From positions 2,339,429-2,403,428 of the forward strand of contig OZ244789.1 of the NCBI GenBank assembly GCA_965219705.1: a stretch of DNA of 64,000 nucleotides. Direction: 5' to 3'. Source of the stretch: Chloroflexota bacterium. Lineage in GTDB: Bacteria; Chloroflexota; UBA11872. Below the pieces are notes generated by a model. It did no database searches. It was given only the letters and a program-made list of their open reading frames with translations, and was not told the origin of the DNA. This document shows, piece by piece, positions 16,481 through 27,128 of the stretch (positions within the stretch are counted from its first letter, which is position 1; every line of letters starts with the position of its first letter). Both the position numbers and the translations under genes were made by a program.

Positions 16481-17562
16481 TTCGGGCGGACATCAGGACG
16501 TCGGTCGGAAGCTTCGAACTCGCAGTCGACCTGACGGTGGACCGCGAGATCACCGTGCTCTACGGGCACTCCGGTGCCGGCAAGACGCTGACGCTCGAGG
16601 CCATCGCCGGGCTCCTCACGCCCCGCGAAGGCCGGATCGAGTTGCACGACCAGGTCGTATTCGACAGCGCGTCGGGTATCAACGTGCCGCCGCAGCGGCG
16701 CAATCTGGGCTATCTGGTGCAAAGCTATGCGCTATTCCCGCATTTGACCGTTGCGCAGAACATTGCCTATGGCATTGGCTACTTGAGCCGCGCCGAGCGC
16801 CGCGGGCGCGTCGAGGAAATCGCGGGCATGTTCGGCCTGCAAGACCTGCTGGACCGCCGCCCCGCGCGCATCTCGGGTGGCCAGGCGCAGCGTGTGGCCC
16901 TCGCCCGCGCGCTCGTGCGTCAGCCGCGGGTGCTGCTCCTGGACGAGCCGTTCGCGGCGGTCGACTCGAGCATTCGCCGGACCCTCCGCCGTGAGCTCCG
17001 GCAGCTCGCCCAACGCCTGGACCTCAGCGTGGTCATGGTCACGCATGACCTCACCGAGGCCTACAACGTGGGAGACCGGCTGGCGGTCATCGATCGTGGT
17101 CGCGTGCTCCAGGCGGGACCTCGCAACGACGTGTTTCACCGCCCCGCGACGGCGCGCGCCGCCGAGCTGCTCGGCGTGCAAAACATCGTGCCCGGGCGGA
17201 TCGTGGGCGGCGACGGCGACCACGTCCACGTCGCGACGGCGTTGGGCATGGTGGCGGCACAGGCGGAGTCTCGCCCCGCGATGGACCACGTCCAGCTAGC
17301 TATTCGCGCCGAGCAGATCATCCTCGAGCGGCCCGACCGTCCCTCAATCAATCGCAAGAATCGCTTCCGCGTCACCATCATCGACGAGGCCGCCTTCGGC
17401 TTCTCGCACACGCTGGTCGTGCGGGTCGACGACGCCGCGCCGGCTGCACCGAACCTCGAAATCGACGTCCCGGCGCATCCCTACCAGGTGCTCGACGTCC
17501 CCGCGCGCCGCGACTGGCGCATCCATATTCCGCCCGAAGCCGTGCACGTCATCGCCGAGTAG
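16477..17562 (+). CDS. modC: molybdate ABC transporter ATP-binding protein with a C-terminal TOBE/Mop-like domain
   Basis: GTG at 16477 overlaps the modB TGA (GTGA). Walker A GHSGAGKT, signature ISGGQAQRVALARAL and Walker B LLLDEPFAAVD are present. Confidence 0.9.
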   Translation: MIRADIRTSVGSFELAVDLTVDREITVLYGHSGAGKTLTLEAIAGLLTPREGRIELHDQVVFDSASGINVPPQRRNLGYLVQSYALFPHLTVAQNIAYGIGYLSRAERRGRVEEIAGMFGLQDLLDRRPARISGGQAQRVALARALVRQPRVLLLDEPFAAVDSSIRRTLRRELRQLAQRLDLSVVMVTHDLTEAYNVGDRLAVIDRGRVLQAGPRNDVFHRPATARAAELLGVQNIVPGRIVGGDGDHVHVATALGMVAAQAESRPAMDHVQLAIRAEQIILERPDRPSINRKNRFRVTIIDEAAFGFSHTLVVRVDDAAPAAPNLEIDVPAHPYQVLDVPARRDWRIHIPPEAVHVIAE

Positions 17563-17640
17563 CTCTGTGCGGATGTAATGGTGGAACCGGCAGTGGCCCG
17601 ATGATACCGTACAAAAGGCGAACGACAGGTAGGAAGGTAC

Positions 17641-18540
17641 GTGGACGAGTTCTCGCATCTCTATGAGGCCAGCGGCGATGGCCTGCCGGTCTCGGACTAC
17701 CGACAGCACACGTTGCAGAAACTTGGGACTGTGCGCTACTACCTCGAAGCATTAGATGCTGCGTGCAAGCGCGCCAAGCCCTTCGGGGGATGGGCGTTTG
17801 TGGACACGTTTGCCGGACCAGGCCTCGTGCAAGTTCGGGACACCCAGCGGTACTTCGAAGGATCAGCCTTGATCGGGCTTCGAAGTGGGGCCTCCGTCGT
17901 CCACGCCGTTGAATTGCAGGAGGCCAGAGTCAGTGCCCTGAGGCAGCGTGCGAAGGATCGCGGCCTCGGTGCGGCTCTTCGGACGCATGTGGGGGACGCC
18001 AACTCGATCGCCCCGGACATCATCGCCAAGATTCCACCATTGACGCCAGTGTTCGTACTGCAGGACCCCGAGGGCATGGAGCTCAAATGGTCCAATGTCA
18101 AGGCTGTTGCGAGGGCCAACAGTGGGCGGCGCAGACGAAAGCCCGAGCAGCTCATTAACTTCAGCGATGGGGTCCTGAGGCTGTTCTGGACGAGTCAAGC
18201 ACTCACGCCAGAAATGGAAGACACCCTTAACGGCTACTTTGGGAGTTCTGCTTGGCGCGATATCGTCGACGATCGAGGCGCAGGTCGCTTGGAGTCAGGA
18301 CAGTCAATTAGAGCAGCGGTGAACCTCTACAAGCGCCGACTACGGGATGACGCCGGGTATTCGTACGTGATCGATTGTGAGATTCGTCGCGACCAAGTGA
18401 CGCGTGGTCAGCGTGCCTATCATCTGGTCTTTGCTAGCGACCACGACGCCGCTCCCCGAATCATGAGAGACGCCTTTGCGAAGGTGCATGTCGGCCAGAG
18501 TGTGTTCACTGGCATGCGGCAGGCGAATCTCGATGAGTAG
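17641..18540 (+). CDS. tcmP: three-Cys-motif partner protein TcmP-like (methyltransferase-fold-like, function unknown)
   Basis: GTG start preceded by AGGAAGG. Motifs FVDTFAGPG (aa 53-61) and VFVLQDPEG (aa 137-145) are present. The gene lies immediately upstream of, and overlaps, a Gp37/Gp68-family gene, which is how the family is defined. Confidence 0.7.
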   Translation: MDEFSHLYEASGDGLPVSDYRQHTLQKLGTVRYYLEALDAACKRAKPFGGWAFVDTFAGPGLVQVRDTQRYFEGSALIGLRSGASVVHAVELQEARVSALRQRAKDRGLGAALRTHVGDANSIAPDIIAKIPPLTPVFVLQDPEGMELKWSNVKAVARANSGRRRRKPEQLINFSDGVLRLFWTSQALTPEMEDTLNGYFGSSAWRDIVDDRGAGRLESGQSIRAAVNLYKRRLRDDAGYSYVIDCEIRRDQVTRGQRAYHLVFASDHDAAPRIMRDAFAKVHVGQSVFTGMRQANLDE

Positions 18541-19255
18541 CGCAAGCCGCATTGAGTGGACTGATTCGACTTGGAATCCGGTTACGGGATGCACCCGCAT
18601 GAGCCCGGGGTGCGACAACTGCTACGCCGAGCGAATGGCGAAGCGGCTGCAGGCGATGGGGAATCCCCGATATACGAACGGGTTTGAGCCGACGCTGCAT
18701 TGGGACAAGGTGTCCGAGCCGCTCAAGTGGCGGCAGCCGCGTCGCATCTTCGTCAACAGCATGAGCGACTTGTTCCACGAGGCGGTTCCGGCGACCTTCG
18801 TGCGCGCAGTCTTTGACACGATGGCAGCCGCCCACTGGCACGAATTCCAGATTCTGACGAAGCGTGCTCGGCGGTTGCCCAAGATTGCTGGAGATCTCCA
18901 GTGGCCGCCCAATGTCTGGCTGGGCGTATCGGTTGAATCCCGGGAATACGCCTGGCGTGCGGACTACTTGCGGGGTGTGCCGGCCGCTGTGCGGTTCTTG
19001 TCGGTCGAGCCGCTCGTGGGGCCAGTCGGAATGCTGGACTTGGCCGCAATCGACTGGGTCATCGTGGGAGGCGAGAGCGGACCCGGCGCTCGGCTGATGG
19101 ACGTGCAGTGGGCGCGTGCGGTTCGCGATCAGTGCGTGGCCGCATCCGTCCCGTTCTTCTTCAAGCAGTGGGGCGGTGTGCGCAAACACCGCACCGGCCG
19201 CACGCTCGACGGCCGCACGTGGGATGAGTTTCCCGTGGCGGCGGCAAGCAACTAA
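18533..19255 (+). CDS. phage Gp37/Gp68 family (DUF5131) three-Cys protein
   Basis: The N-terminus IEWTDSTWNPVTGCTRMSPGCDNCYAERMA (C-x6-C-x2-C), ILTKR, FLSVEPL, VIVGGESGPGAR and PFFFKQWGG are family hallmarks. The ATG at 18533 overlaps the tcmP stop by 8 nt (ATGAGTAG). Confidence 0.8.
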   Translation: MSSASRIEWTDSTWNPVTGCTRMSPGCDNCYAERMAKRLQAMGNPRYTNGFEPTLHWDKVSEPLKWRQPRRIFVNSMSDLFHEAVPATFVRAVFDTMAAAHWHEFQILTKRARRLPKIAGDLQWPPNVWLGVSVESREYAWRADYLRGVPAAVRFLSVEPLVGPVGMLDLAAIDWVIVGGESGPGARLMDVQWARAVRDQCVAASVPFFFKQWGGVRKHRTGRTLDGRTWDEFPVAAASN

Positions 19256-19276
19256 GCGCCGAGCACCCGGTCGGTG

Positions 19277-20359
19277 TTACGCGGCCCCGTTCAGCCTTGG
19301 CATCACCTCGTCGGCGAGCAGTGTCATCGACCGCACCCACTGGTCGCGCGGCTTCCACTCGTGCGCCATGGCCAGCAGCACGCCGAAACCGCCCACGTCG
19401 TCTTGCAGCTGCTGCAGCTTGGCCGTGACGTCGTCGGGGCTCCCCACGATGAAGACGTTGTCGACCAGGTATTCAACCGTTACGTCGGAGTCCGGCATGT
19501 CGGGGTCGATCTTCATCGAATCCAGCATGCGCACCTTCGGCATCACGTGCAGGAAATAGTCGCGGAAGTCGCGCGCCAGCGTGCCTTCCAGCGCCTCCTT
19601 CCGCGCCTGCTCCGTGGTTTCGGCCACGTAGACCTCACGCGCAATGCGCCATAGCGACCGGTCGGGCTCCCGGCCGGCCTCCCGCGCGCCCTCCTCCACG
19701 GATTCCCAATGCGTCTGGATGATTCGTGTCGGCACCAGGTTGATGCTCATCGGGATCCAGCCGCGGGCGCCGGCGAGCGTCAGCGTGCCGGAATTCTCCG
19801 ACACGCCGGCGACCCCAATCGGGGGATGCGGCTGCTGATAGGGCTTGAGGTGAACCCGCAGTCCGATCAGGTCGTCCGGCTCGGGCACGTTGAAGTCCCA
19901 GTACTTCGACTTGTACCGGCCCGGCTTTGGATCGTTCCAGAGCTGCAGCACCGTTTCGATCGCTTCGCGGGTCATGGTCCGGTGGTCGCCCGTTTTCGGA
20001 TCGAAGCCAAACACCTCGAAGTCGCCCGGAAAGCCGCCGGAGCCCACGCCCCACATGAAGCGGCCCTTGGCCATGTGGTCGAGTTGGGCAATCCGGTGGG
20101 CGATCATGAATGGGTCGTGGTTGGGCATGCAGGTCACGCCCGTTCCGAACTTCATGCGCTCCGTTTTGGCCAGCGCGTGTGCGATGAAGAGATCCGGCGC
20201 GGGAATGTTTTCCCACTGGGTCGTGAAGTGCTCCCCGATCCAGGCCTCGCTATACCCCAGCTGCTCCAGCGTGATGAGCATGTCGAGATCGTCGTCCAGC
20301 GTCTGGGTGACGTTGGACCCCGGCGGGTGCAGGGGCATCGCGAACAGTCCAACGTCCAT
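19277..20359 (-). CDS. LLM-class (luciferase-like) flavin-dependent oxidoreductase
   Basis: MDVGLFAMPLHPPG...LGYSEAWIGEHFTT...GTGVTCMPNHDPFMIAHRIAQLDHMAKGRFMWGVGSGG is the typical luciferase-like monooxygenase pattern. Confidence 0.85.
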   Translation of the reverse strand: MDVGLFAMPLHPPGSNVTQTLDDDLDMLITLEQLGYSEAWIGEHFTTQWENIPAPDLFIAHALAKTERMKFGTGVTCMPNHDPFMIAHRIAQLDHMAKGRFMWGVGSGGFPGDFEVFGFDPKTGDHRTMTREAIETVLQLWNDPKPGRYKSKYWDFNVPEPDDLIGLRVHLKPYQQPHPPIGVAGVSENSGTLTLAGARGWIPMSINLVPTRIIQTHWESVEEGAREAGREPDRSLWRIAREVYVAETTEQARKEALEGTLARDFRDYFLHVMPKVRMLDSMKIDPDMPDSDVTVEYLVDNVFIVGSPDDVTAKLQQLQDDVGGFGVLLAMAHEWKPRDQWVRSMTLLADEVMPRLNGAA

Positions 20360-20528
20360 CGCAACCTCCGTCGAGTGTCCGGGCAGTGCGGGCGCGCTCT
20401 GAGGGGCGATTGTCGGCCAGTAGCGGACTCAGCGTCAACGGGACCGCCTTTGCCAAGGAACGCCACGGACCGCCGAGCCCGTCGTTGCTACCGTGGTGGA
20501 CCGCAGGACCAGCAAGCGTGCGGTGTCG

Positions 20529-21215
20529 ATGGCCGAGTGGGTAGCCGACCAGGGCCAGCTGCTGCTGGCCTTGCTCGAAGAGCATCAGTACCTCGTGCTC
20601 GCTCTCGCCGTTGGCTTCGAGGCGGTCGGCCTGCCACTGCCGATCTCGGCTGAGATCGTCGTGGTCACCATGGGGTTTCAGATCTATCGCGGCGAGGCCA
20701 ACCCCTGGGCCGTCATGGGCACCGTGGTGGCGTCCGCCACGGTGGGCGTGAGCGTGCAGTATTGGATCGCGCGCGGGATTGGCCGACCGCTGCTCGATCG
20801 CTACGGCCGAATCCTGCGGATACGCCCAGCGCACCTTGAGCGCCTCGAGCGCTGGTTCGCGCGTCGAGCCCTCCCGGTGGTCGTCATCGGCCGCGTCGTT
20901 CCGGCCGTTCGCATCATCATCCCTGTCGTGGCCGGGGTCGCCCGCGGCGACTTCCGCGTCTTTGTGCCTGCGGTGGCCGCGGGCATCTCGCTCTGGACCT
21001 TGCTCTACATGGGCATCGGGTGGGCTTTTGGCGACACGGTCGAGCACATCATGACGAACGTGCTGGCAGACCCGACGGTGGCGGTCATCGTGGCTGCCGC
21101 CGTCGGTGGATTTCTCGCCGTGCTGGTGGTGCTCCGCTTCCGCCGCCGTCTGGCGCCGCTTGTCAGTGGCCCGGCGGCGCGCCTCACCGCGCGGATCGGC
21201 CGGCGCGGGGGCTAG
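20529..21215 (+). CDS. DedA/SNARE-associated family membrane protein
   Basis: GLPLPISAEIVVVTMG...IGRPLLDRYG...VVIGRVVPAVRIIIPVVAGVAR is the DedA signature. I prefer the ATG at 20529. Confidence 0.8.
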   Translation: MAEWVADQGQLLLALLEEHQYLVLALAVGFEAVGLPLPISAEIVVVTMGFQIYRGEANPWAVMGTVVASATVGVSVQYWIARGIGRPLLDRYGRILRIRPAHLERLERWFARRALPVVVIGRVVPAVRIIIPVVAGVARGDFRVFVPAVAAGISLWTLLYMGIGWAFGDTVEHIMTNVLADPTVAVIVAAAVGGFLAVLVVLRFRRRLAPLVSGPAARLTARIGRRGG

Positions 21216-21225
21216 CCCCCGTCCG

Positions 21226-21606
21226 CTAGCCGAGCACCGCCGTCGCCTCGATCTCTACCAGGGCGCCTGGGAGCGCCAGCTCCACCCCCACGGTCGACCG
21301 CGCCGGCTTGGTGTCCCCGAAGACCTCGGTGTAGACCGCGTTCATGCCGGAGAAGTTGCCGATGTCGGTGATGAACACCGTCACCTTCACGACGTCGTCG
21401 AGCGACGCTCCGGCGGCCTCGAGGGCGGTCTTGATGTTGGTGAGCGTCTGCCGCGTTTGCGAGGTGATGTCGTCACCCACCAGCTTTCCGTCGGCGTCGA
21501 GCCCCAACATGCCCGCGGTCGTCACCACGTTGTCCTTGCGAACCACGAGCGTGTAAGGGGCGATGGGCTCGGCCATGCTGGCCGGGTTGATGCGCTGGAT
21601 CGCCAT
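21226..21606 (-). CDS. ridA: RidA/YjgF family reactive-intermediate deaminase
   Basis: PIAPYTLVVRKDNVVTTAGMLGLD...TRQTLTNIKTALEAAGASLDDVVKVTVFI...ARSTVGVELALPGALVEIEA. AAAGGA lies 6 nt upstream of the ATG at 21606. Confidence 0.85.
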   Translation of the reverse strand: MAIQRINPASMAEPIAPYTLVVRKDNVVTTAGMLGLDADGKLVGDDITSQTRQTLTNIKTALEAAGASLDDVVKVTVFITDIGNFSGMNAVYTEVFGDTKPARSTVGVELALPGALVEIEATAVLG

Positions 21607-21717
21607 GAGCATTCCTTTCTGGCAATGACACGATTCGGAGGGTACACGGCGAGCCGGCGAACAGCCGTCCACGCGGGACGGCTATCATGACGCCTCTTGT
21701 CAGGGGAGGGACTTGCG

Positions 21718-22869
21718 ATGTATGACCTCCTGATATCCGGTGGCACCGTCGTCGACCCCGCGCAGGGCCTCAACGACCGGCGCGACGTGGCGATCGCGGG
21801 CGGCCGAGTGAGCGCCGTCGCCGAGCACATCGATCCGGCGGAGGCTCATCACGTTCTCGATGCCTCGGGTCTGCTGGTCACGCCCGGACTCGTCGATGTT
21901 CACGTGCACGTTTACGACGGCGTGAGCCACTACGGCGTCGACGCCGACACCTACGTTTTGCCCAGCGGCGTCACCACGGCACTCGACGCCGGGTCGGCCG
22001 GCGCCGACACCTTCGAGGGCCTCAGACGCTACGTGATCGAGGTTTCGGAAACCCGCATCAAGGCCTGTCTCAACATCTCATCGACGGGCATGATCTCGCC
22101 GGTCGTCGGCGAGCTTGAAGACCTGCGGCTCATCGACCCCAAGAAGGCCATCGAGGTCTGCGAGCGGCACCGCGACGTGATCGTGGGCGTCAAGGCCCGC
22201 CTCAGCGAGAACCTTGCGGGGAATAACGCCTTGCCCGCGCTGCACCGCGCCCGCGAGGCGGCGGATGCCGTGGGGCTGCCCATCATGATCCACCCCAACG
22301 CGCCCGTCTGCACGCTGGACGACATCCTCCGCGAGATGAAGGATGGCGACCTGCTGACCCACTGCTACCACGGCCTGGATGAAGGAATTCTGGACGACGA
22401 CGGCCGCGTGCGCGCGTCGGTCCGCGCCGCCGTGAGTCGCGGCGTCCGCCTCGACGTGGGGCATGGCCAGGGCAGCTTCTCGTGGAGCGTGGCGGAATCC
22501 GCGCTGGCGCAGGAGCTGGTCCCCGACACCATCAGCAGCGATCTGCACGCCTACAACTTCGACGGTCCGGTCTACGATCTGGCCACCACCCTCAGCAAGT
22601 TCCTGCACCTGGGTCTGACCCTGTCCGACGCCCTGCGGCGCTGCACGGTCACGCCGGCCGAGATCCTGGGCATGCGCGGCCAGATCGGCACCCTTGCCGT
22701 CGGTGCCTTCGCCGACGTGGCGCTGTTCCGTGAGGAGATCGGCGCCCACACATTCGAGGACGCCCACGGCGAAACGCGCATCGGCGAGCGCCGCCTGGTG
22801 CCCGTCAAGGTCGTCAAGGGCGGCAAGGTCATCAACGCCGTCGCCCGCGGCTGGCATCACCACCATTAG
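21718..22869 (+). CDS. amidohydrolase-superfamily metallohydrolase (dihydroorotase/deacetylase-like)
   Basis: MYDLLISGGTVVDPAQG...LVTPGLVDVHVHV (HxH metal site). GGGAGGG lies 7 nt upstream of the ATG at 21718. Confidence 0.8.
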   Translation: MYDLLISGGTVVDPAQGLNDRRDVAIAGGRVSAVAEHIDPAEAHHVLDASGLLVTPGLVDVHVHVYDGVSHYGVDADTYVLPSGVTTALDAGSAGADTFEGLRRYVIEVSETRIKACLNISSTGMISPVVGELEDLRLIDPKKAIEVCERHRDVIVGVKARLSENLAGNNALPALHRAREAADAVGLPIMIHPNAPVCTLDDILREMKDGDLLTHCYHGLDEGILDDDGRVRASVRAAVSRGVRLDVGHGQGSFSWSVAESALAQELVPDTISSDLHAYNFDGPVYDLATTLSKFLHLGLTLSDALRRCTVTPAEILGMRGQIGTLAVGAFADVALFREEIGAHTFEDAHGETRIGERRLVPVKVVKGGKVINAVARGWHHHH

Positions 22870-22886
22870 GTGGGTCGGACGACGCC

Positions 22887-23017
22887 CTACTCGTAACGCA
22901 ACGCCTCGATCGGCCGCAGCCTTGCCGCGCGGTTGGCGGGGTAGATGCCGAAGACCAGGCCGATGGCCACGGATACGGCCAGCACCAGGATCACCGGCTC
23001 TGGCGCGAGGTGAGCGT
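22887..23017 (-). pseudogene. orphan 3'-terminal fragment of a MacB/FtsX-type permease gene (duplicate of 25878-26008)
   Basis: The minus-strand reading gives ...[38 protein letters not shown] followed by a stop. The intact permease C-terminus is ...[41 protein letters not shown] identity is about 90 percent over 131 nt, including a 67-nt perfect run. Confidence 0.7.
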
Positions 23018-23191
23018 CGGGCGAACTCTCGCTGCTGCGCTGTCATCTCCTGTGCGGGACCGTCACCCTGCTACACGAGCGCATGCGCTTGGCAACTTGT
23101 CCGTCCCAATGTCGTTGCCCCTGAACAACGCCCGATTGCCACGATTTCGGGCCAGGCAGGCGCCCGACGGCGGGCGCATCCAGGCGCTATC

Positions 23192-25675
23192 TCAGCGATT
23201 GCTAGTGGCGAAGGCGGTTCCTCCGCCTCCCCAGCAGGCTATGGAGCCGTGGGTCCGGATGCCGCAGGTGTAGTTGAGCCCGGCGCCGACATTGATGAAG
23301 GATCCGGTCGGTGGTGTGGACTCCCCGTTGTCATCGCTCCCCCAGCAGTCCACGGCCCCGTCGGTCCGGAGACCGCACGTGTGGTCCGCCCCGGCGCTGA
23401 CGTTGACAAAGGAACCGGTCGGCGGCGTGGACTCCCCACCATTGTCGCTGCCCCAGCAGACCACGGCCCCGCCGGTCCGCACGCCGCAGGCGTGCCACCA
23501 GCCGGCGCTGACATCGACAAATGATCCCGCTGGCGCTGAGGATTGTCCCTTGTGGTCGAGGCCCCAGCAGACCACGACCTCGTCGGTCCGCACGCCGCAG
23601 GTAAAGCCAGTCCCGGCGCTAACGGTGGTGAACGATCCAGCCGGCGGTGTGGCCTCCCCATAGATGTCGCTGCCCCAACAGACTACGGCTCCGTCGGTCC
23701 GCACGCCGCAGGTGTGGTATTGCCCGGCGCCAACGGCAGCGAAGTTTCCGGGCGGCGGTGTGGCCTGGCCGCGATAGTTCCCGTCGAAGTCTTCATTGGA
23801 GCCCCAGCAGACCATGGAGCCATCGGTCGTTACGCCGCAGGTATGGTCATGCCCGACGCTAAGGGCGGCGAATGATCCGGGCGGCGGCGCGGTCTGGCCG
23901 TGCCAATTCAGGCCCCAGCACCGCACGGCACTGTCGGTGTGTACGGCGCAGACGTGCCCATCCCCGGCGCTGAGGGTCGCGAAGGGCCCGGCAGATATCG
24001 GGGCTTGGCCCTTAGAAGTGTCACCCCAACAGACCACGGCCCTGTCGGTCTGCACGCCGCAGGTCTGGAAAGGCCCGGCGCTGACGGCAATGAAGGATCC
24101 AGCTGGCGGCGTGGCCACGCCGTGGGCATCGTCACCCCAGCAGACGACGGTTCCATCGGTCTCTACGCCGCAGGTGTGTCGCCATCCGGCGCTGACGGCG
24201 GTGAAGGATCCGGTCGGCGGCGTGGCTTGGCCATGGGAATTGTCACCCCAGCAGACCACGGTCCGGTCGGTCGTCACTCCACAGGTGTGCTGATACGCGG
24301 CGCTGACGGCGGTGAAGGATCCGGCCGGTGGTCTGGCCCATCCCAGCGGGTTCCCCGACAAGTCCTCAGTGGCGCCCCAGCAGACCACGGAGCCATCAGT
24401 CATAATGCCGCAAGTGTGAGTTACCGCGGCGCTTACGGTGGTAAAGGACCCGGTGGGCGGCGTCGCCTGGTCGAAATCGTTGCGACCCCAGCAGCGCACG
24501 GTCTCGTCCGTCCGCACGCCACAGCTATGGGCATACCCGCTGCTAACGATGCTGAAGGACCCGGTCGGCGGCGTGGCCTGGCCGCGATAGGCTCCAGAAT
24601 CAGATTCATTTGGGCCCCAGCACGACACGGCGCCATCAGTCGTTACACCACAGGTGTGGGAGTTTCCGGCGCTGACGACGGCGAAGTCTCCGGCCGGCGG
24701 CGTGGCCTCGCCATGATCGTTCGAGCCCCAGCAGACCACGGCCCCGTCCGTCAGCACGCCGCAGACGTGATTTCCGCCCACGCTGATGCCGGTGAACGGC
24801 GGCGGCTCTGACCCGGCGGCTATCCCGGTGTCGCCTTGCGCTGTTGGCCCAGGCGCAGTGCCGGTGGAGGCGAAGATTGGAGCCTTGGACCCATCCGGAA
24901 TGATCACGTTGCTGAGCCGCTTCACCTTGTCCGGCACGTTCTGCAAGTTCACCCGGCCCACCGTCGTCCCGGGCGCCGGCACGTTCCAGATCACGAACAC
25001 CGTCCGCTGGGCCCGCAGCATCTGTAGGCCTTGTGGATTTCCGTTGACCTCGCGCTCCTCGTAGCGGATCGGCAGCCCGTAAAGGTTCAGCCAGTCCGGC
25101 TCACTCAGGAACCGCTCTTTGATCGCCGCGTTCTGCTCCAGCAGCGCTAGGTGGTTCCGCGTGATGGTGGCGAAGTCGGCGCCTTCGTCGGCCGCGAGGA
25201 CTTGATGCGCGGGCACGTTGGGCAACTCGAAAGTCGGATAGCGGTTGGCCAGCACGTCGAGGGTGTTGTAGTAGTTCATCCGGTACTTGCCGGGGTCCCA
25301 CTGCAGGATCACCTTCTGAAAGGCCTGAAACGTGAAGGGGCCGTTGGCCCAGCGCTGGCTGATGGGATAGCCGATGGCCTGGAGGTCGCGCTCGCGCACG
25401 AAGTCCCAGAGCGGCACGTCGTCGGTATTGGTTACGGCGTATCCGTCATTCGGGTCTTCCGTGTCGCCGCCGGTGATGGTGAAGAGGCACCCGTCTTCGA
25501 TGACGAAGCCCTCGCAGTCCAGGGCGTGTGACTCCGCCGATCCGGCAATCATGGCGAGGGCGGCCGCGGCTGCTACTACTAGGGGCAGCCACAGCCCGCA
25601 CCAAGGAAGCGGCATACGGCGCAGGCCCACTGAGCCGCTCGCTACGCGCCGGCCGGGCTCGCTCAGCTCATGCAT
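23192..25675 (-). CDS. secreted RCC1-like repeat protein (14 short blades, about two 7-bladed propellers) with an unrecognised about 270-aa N-terminal domain
   Basis: Signal-like N-terminus (LWLPLVVAAAAALAMIAGSAESHA). It is followed by 14 repeats of the form F..VSAG..HTCGV.TDG.VVCWG.N..GQATPP.GS. Confidence 0.85.
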   Translation of the reverse strand: MHELSEPGRRVASGSVGLRRMPLPWCGLWLPLVVAAAAALAMIAGSAESHALDCEGFVIEDGCLFTITGGDTEDPNDGYAVTNTDDVPLWDFVRERDLQAIGYPISQRWANGPFTFQAFQKVILQWDPGKYRMNYYNTLDVLANRYPTFELPNVPAHQVLAADEGADFATITRNHLALLEQNAAIKERFLSEPDWLNLYGLPIRYEEREVNGNPQGLQMLRAQRTVFVIWNVPAPGTTVGRVNLQNVPDKVKRLSNVIIPDGSKAPIFASTGTAPGPTAQGDTGIAAGSEPPPFTGISVGGNHVCGVLTDGAVVCWGSNDHGEATPPAGDFAVVSAGNSHTCGVTTDGAVSCWGPNESDSGAYRGQATPPTGSFSIVSSGYAHSCGVRTDETVRCWGRNDFDQATPPTGSFTTVSAAVTHTCGIMTDGSVVCWGATEDLSGNPLGWARPPAGSFTAVSAAYQHTCGVTTDRTVVCWGDNSHGQATPPTGSFTAVSAGWRHTCGVETDGTVVCWGDDAHGVATPPAGSFIAVSAGPFQTCGVQTDRAVVCWGDTSKGQAPISAGPFATLSAGDGHVCAVHTDSAVRCWGLNWHGQTAPPPGSFAALSVGHDHTCGVTTDGSMVCWGSNEDFDGNYRGQATPPPGNFAAVGAGQYHTCGVRTDGAVVCWGSDIYGEATPPAGSFTTVSAGTGFTCGVRTDEVVVCWGLDHKGQSSAPAGSFVDVSAGWWHACGVRTGGAVVCWGSDNGGESTPPTGSFVNVSAGADHTCGLRTDGAVDCWGSDDNGESTPPTGSFINVGAGLNYTCGIRTHGSIACWGGGGTAFATSNR

Positions 25676-25877
25676 GCGCTGTCCGCTTCTCCTCGCGCCT
25701 TAAGGGGAACAGCGGGAGGGTGTGTCTAGCAGGATCATAGACAACGTCGTCTGCCGTGATCCCGCACCGAGGTGTCCGCACTTCACCGCCTAGGGGCGAC
25801 CGCCGCTAGAAACCGGCCACGAGCCCTTATGGCTTTACCGGCATCCGCTTCACCAAGGGCTATCGGCAACTGCCAGG

Positions 25878-27124
<1,247 letters not shown>

Positions 27125-27128
<4 letters not shown>

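Noticed and set aside
23270-24800. The periodic DNA in the RCC1 gene, and likewise 28.4-30.6 kb in the adaptor gene, was considered as a CRISPR array or non-coding satellite.
   Set aside because: The repeats are in frame, variable in length, lack unique spacers, and translate into coherent protein repeat units within long ORFs.
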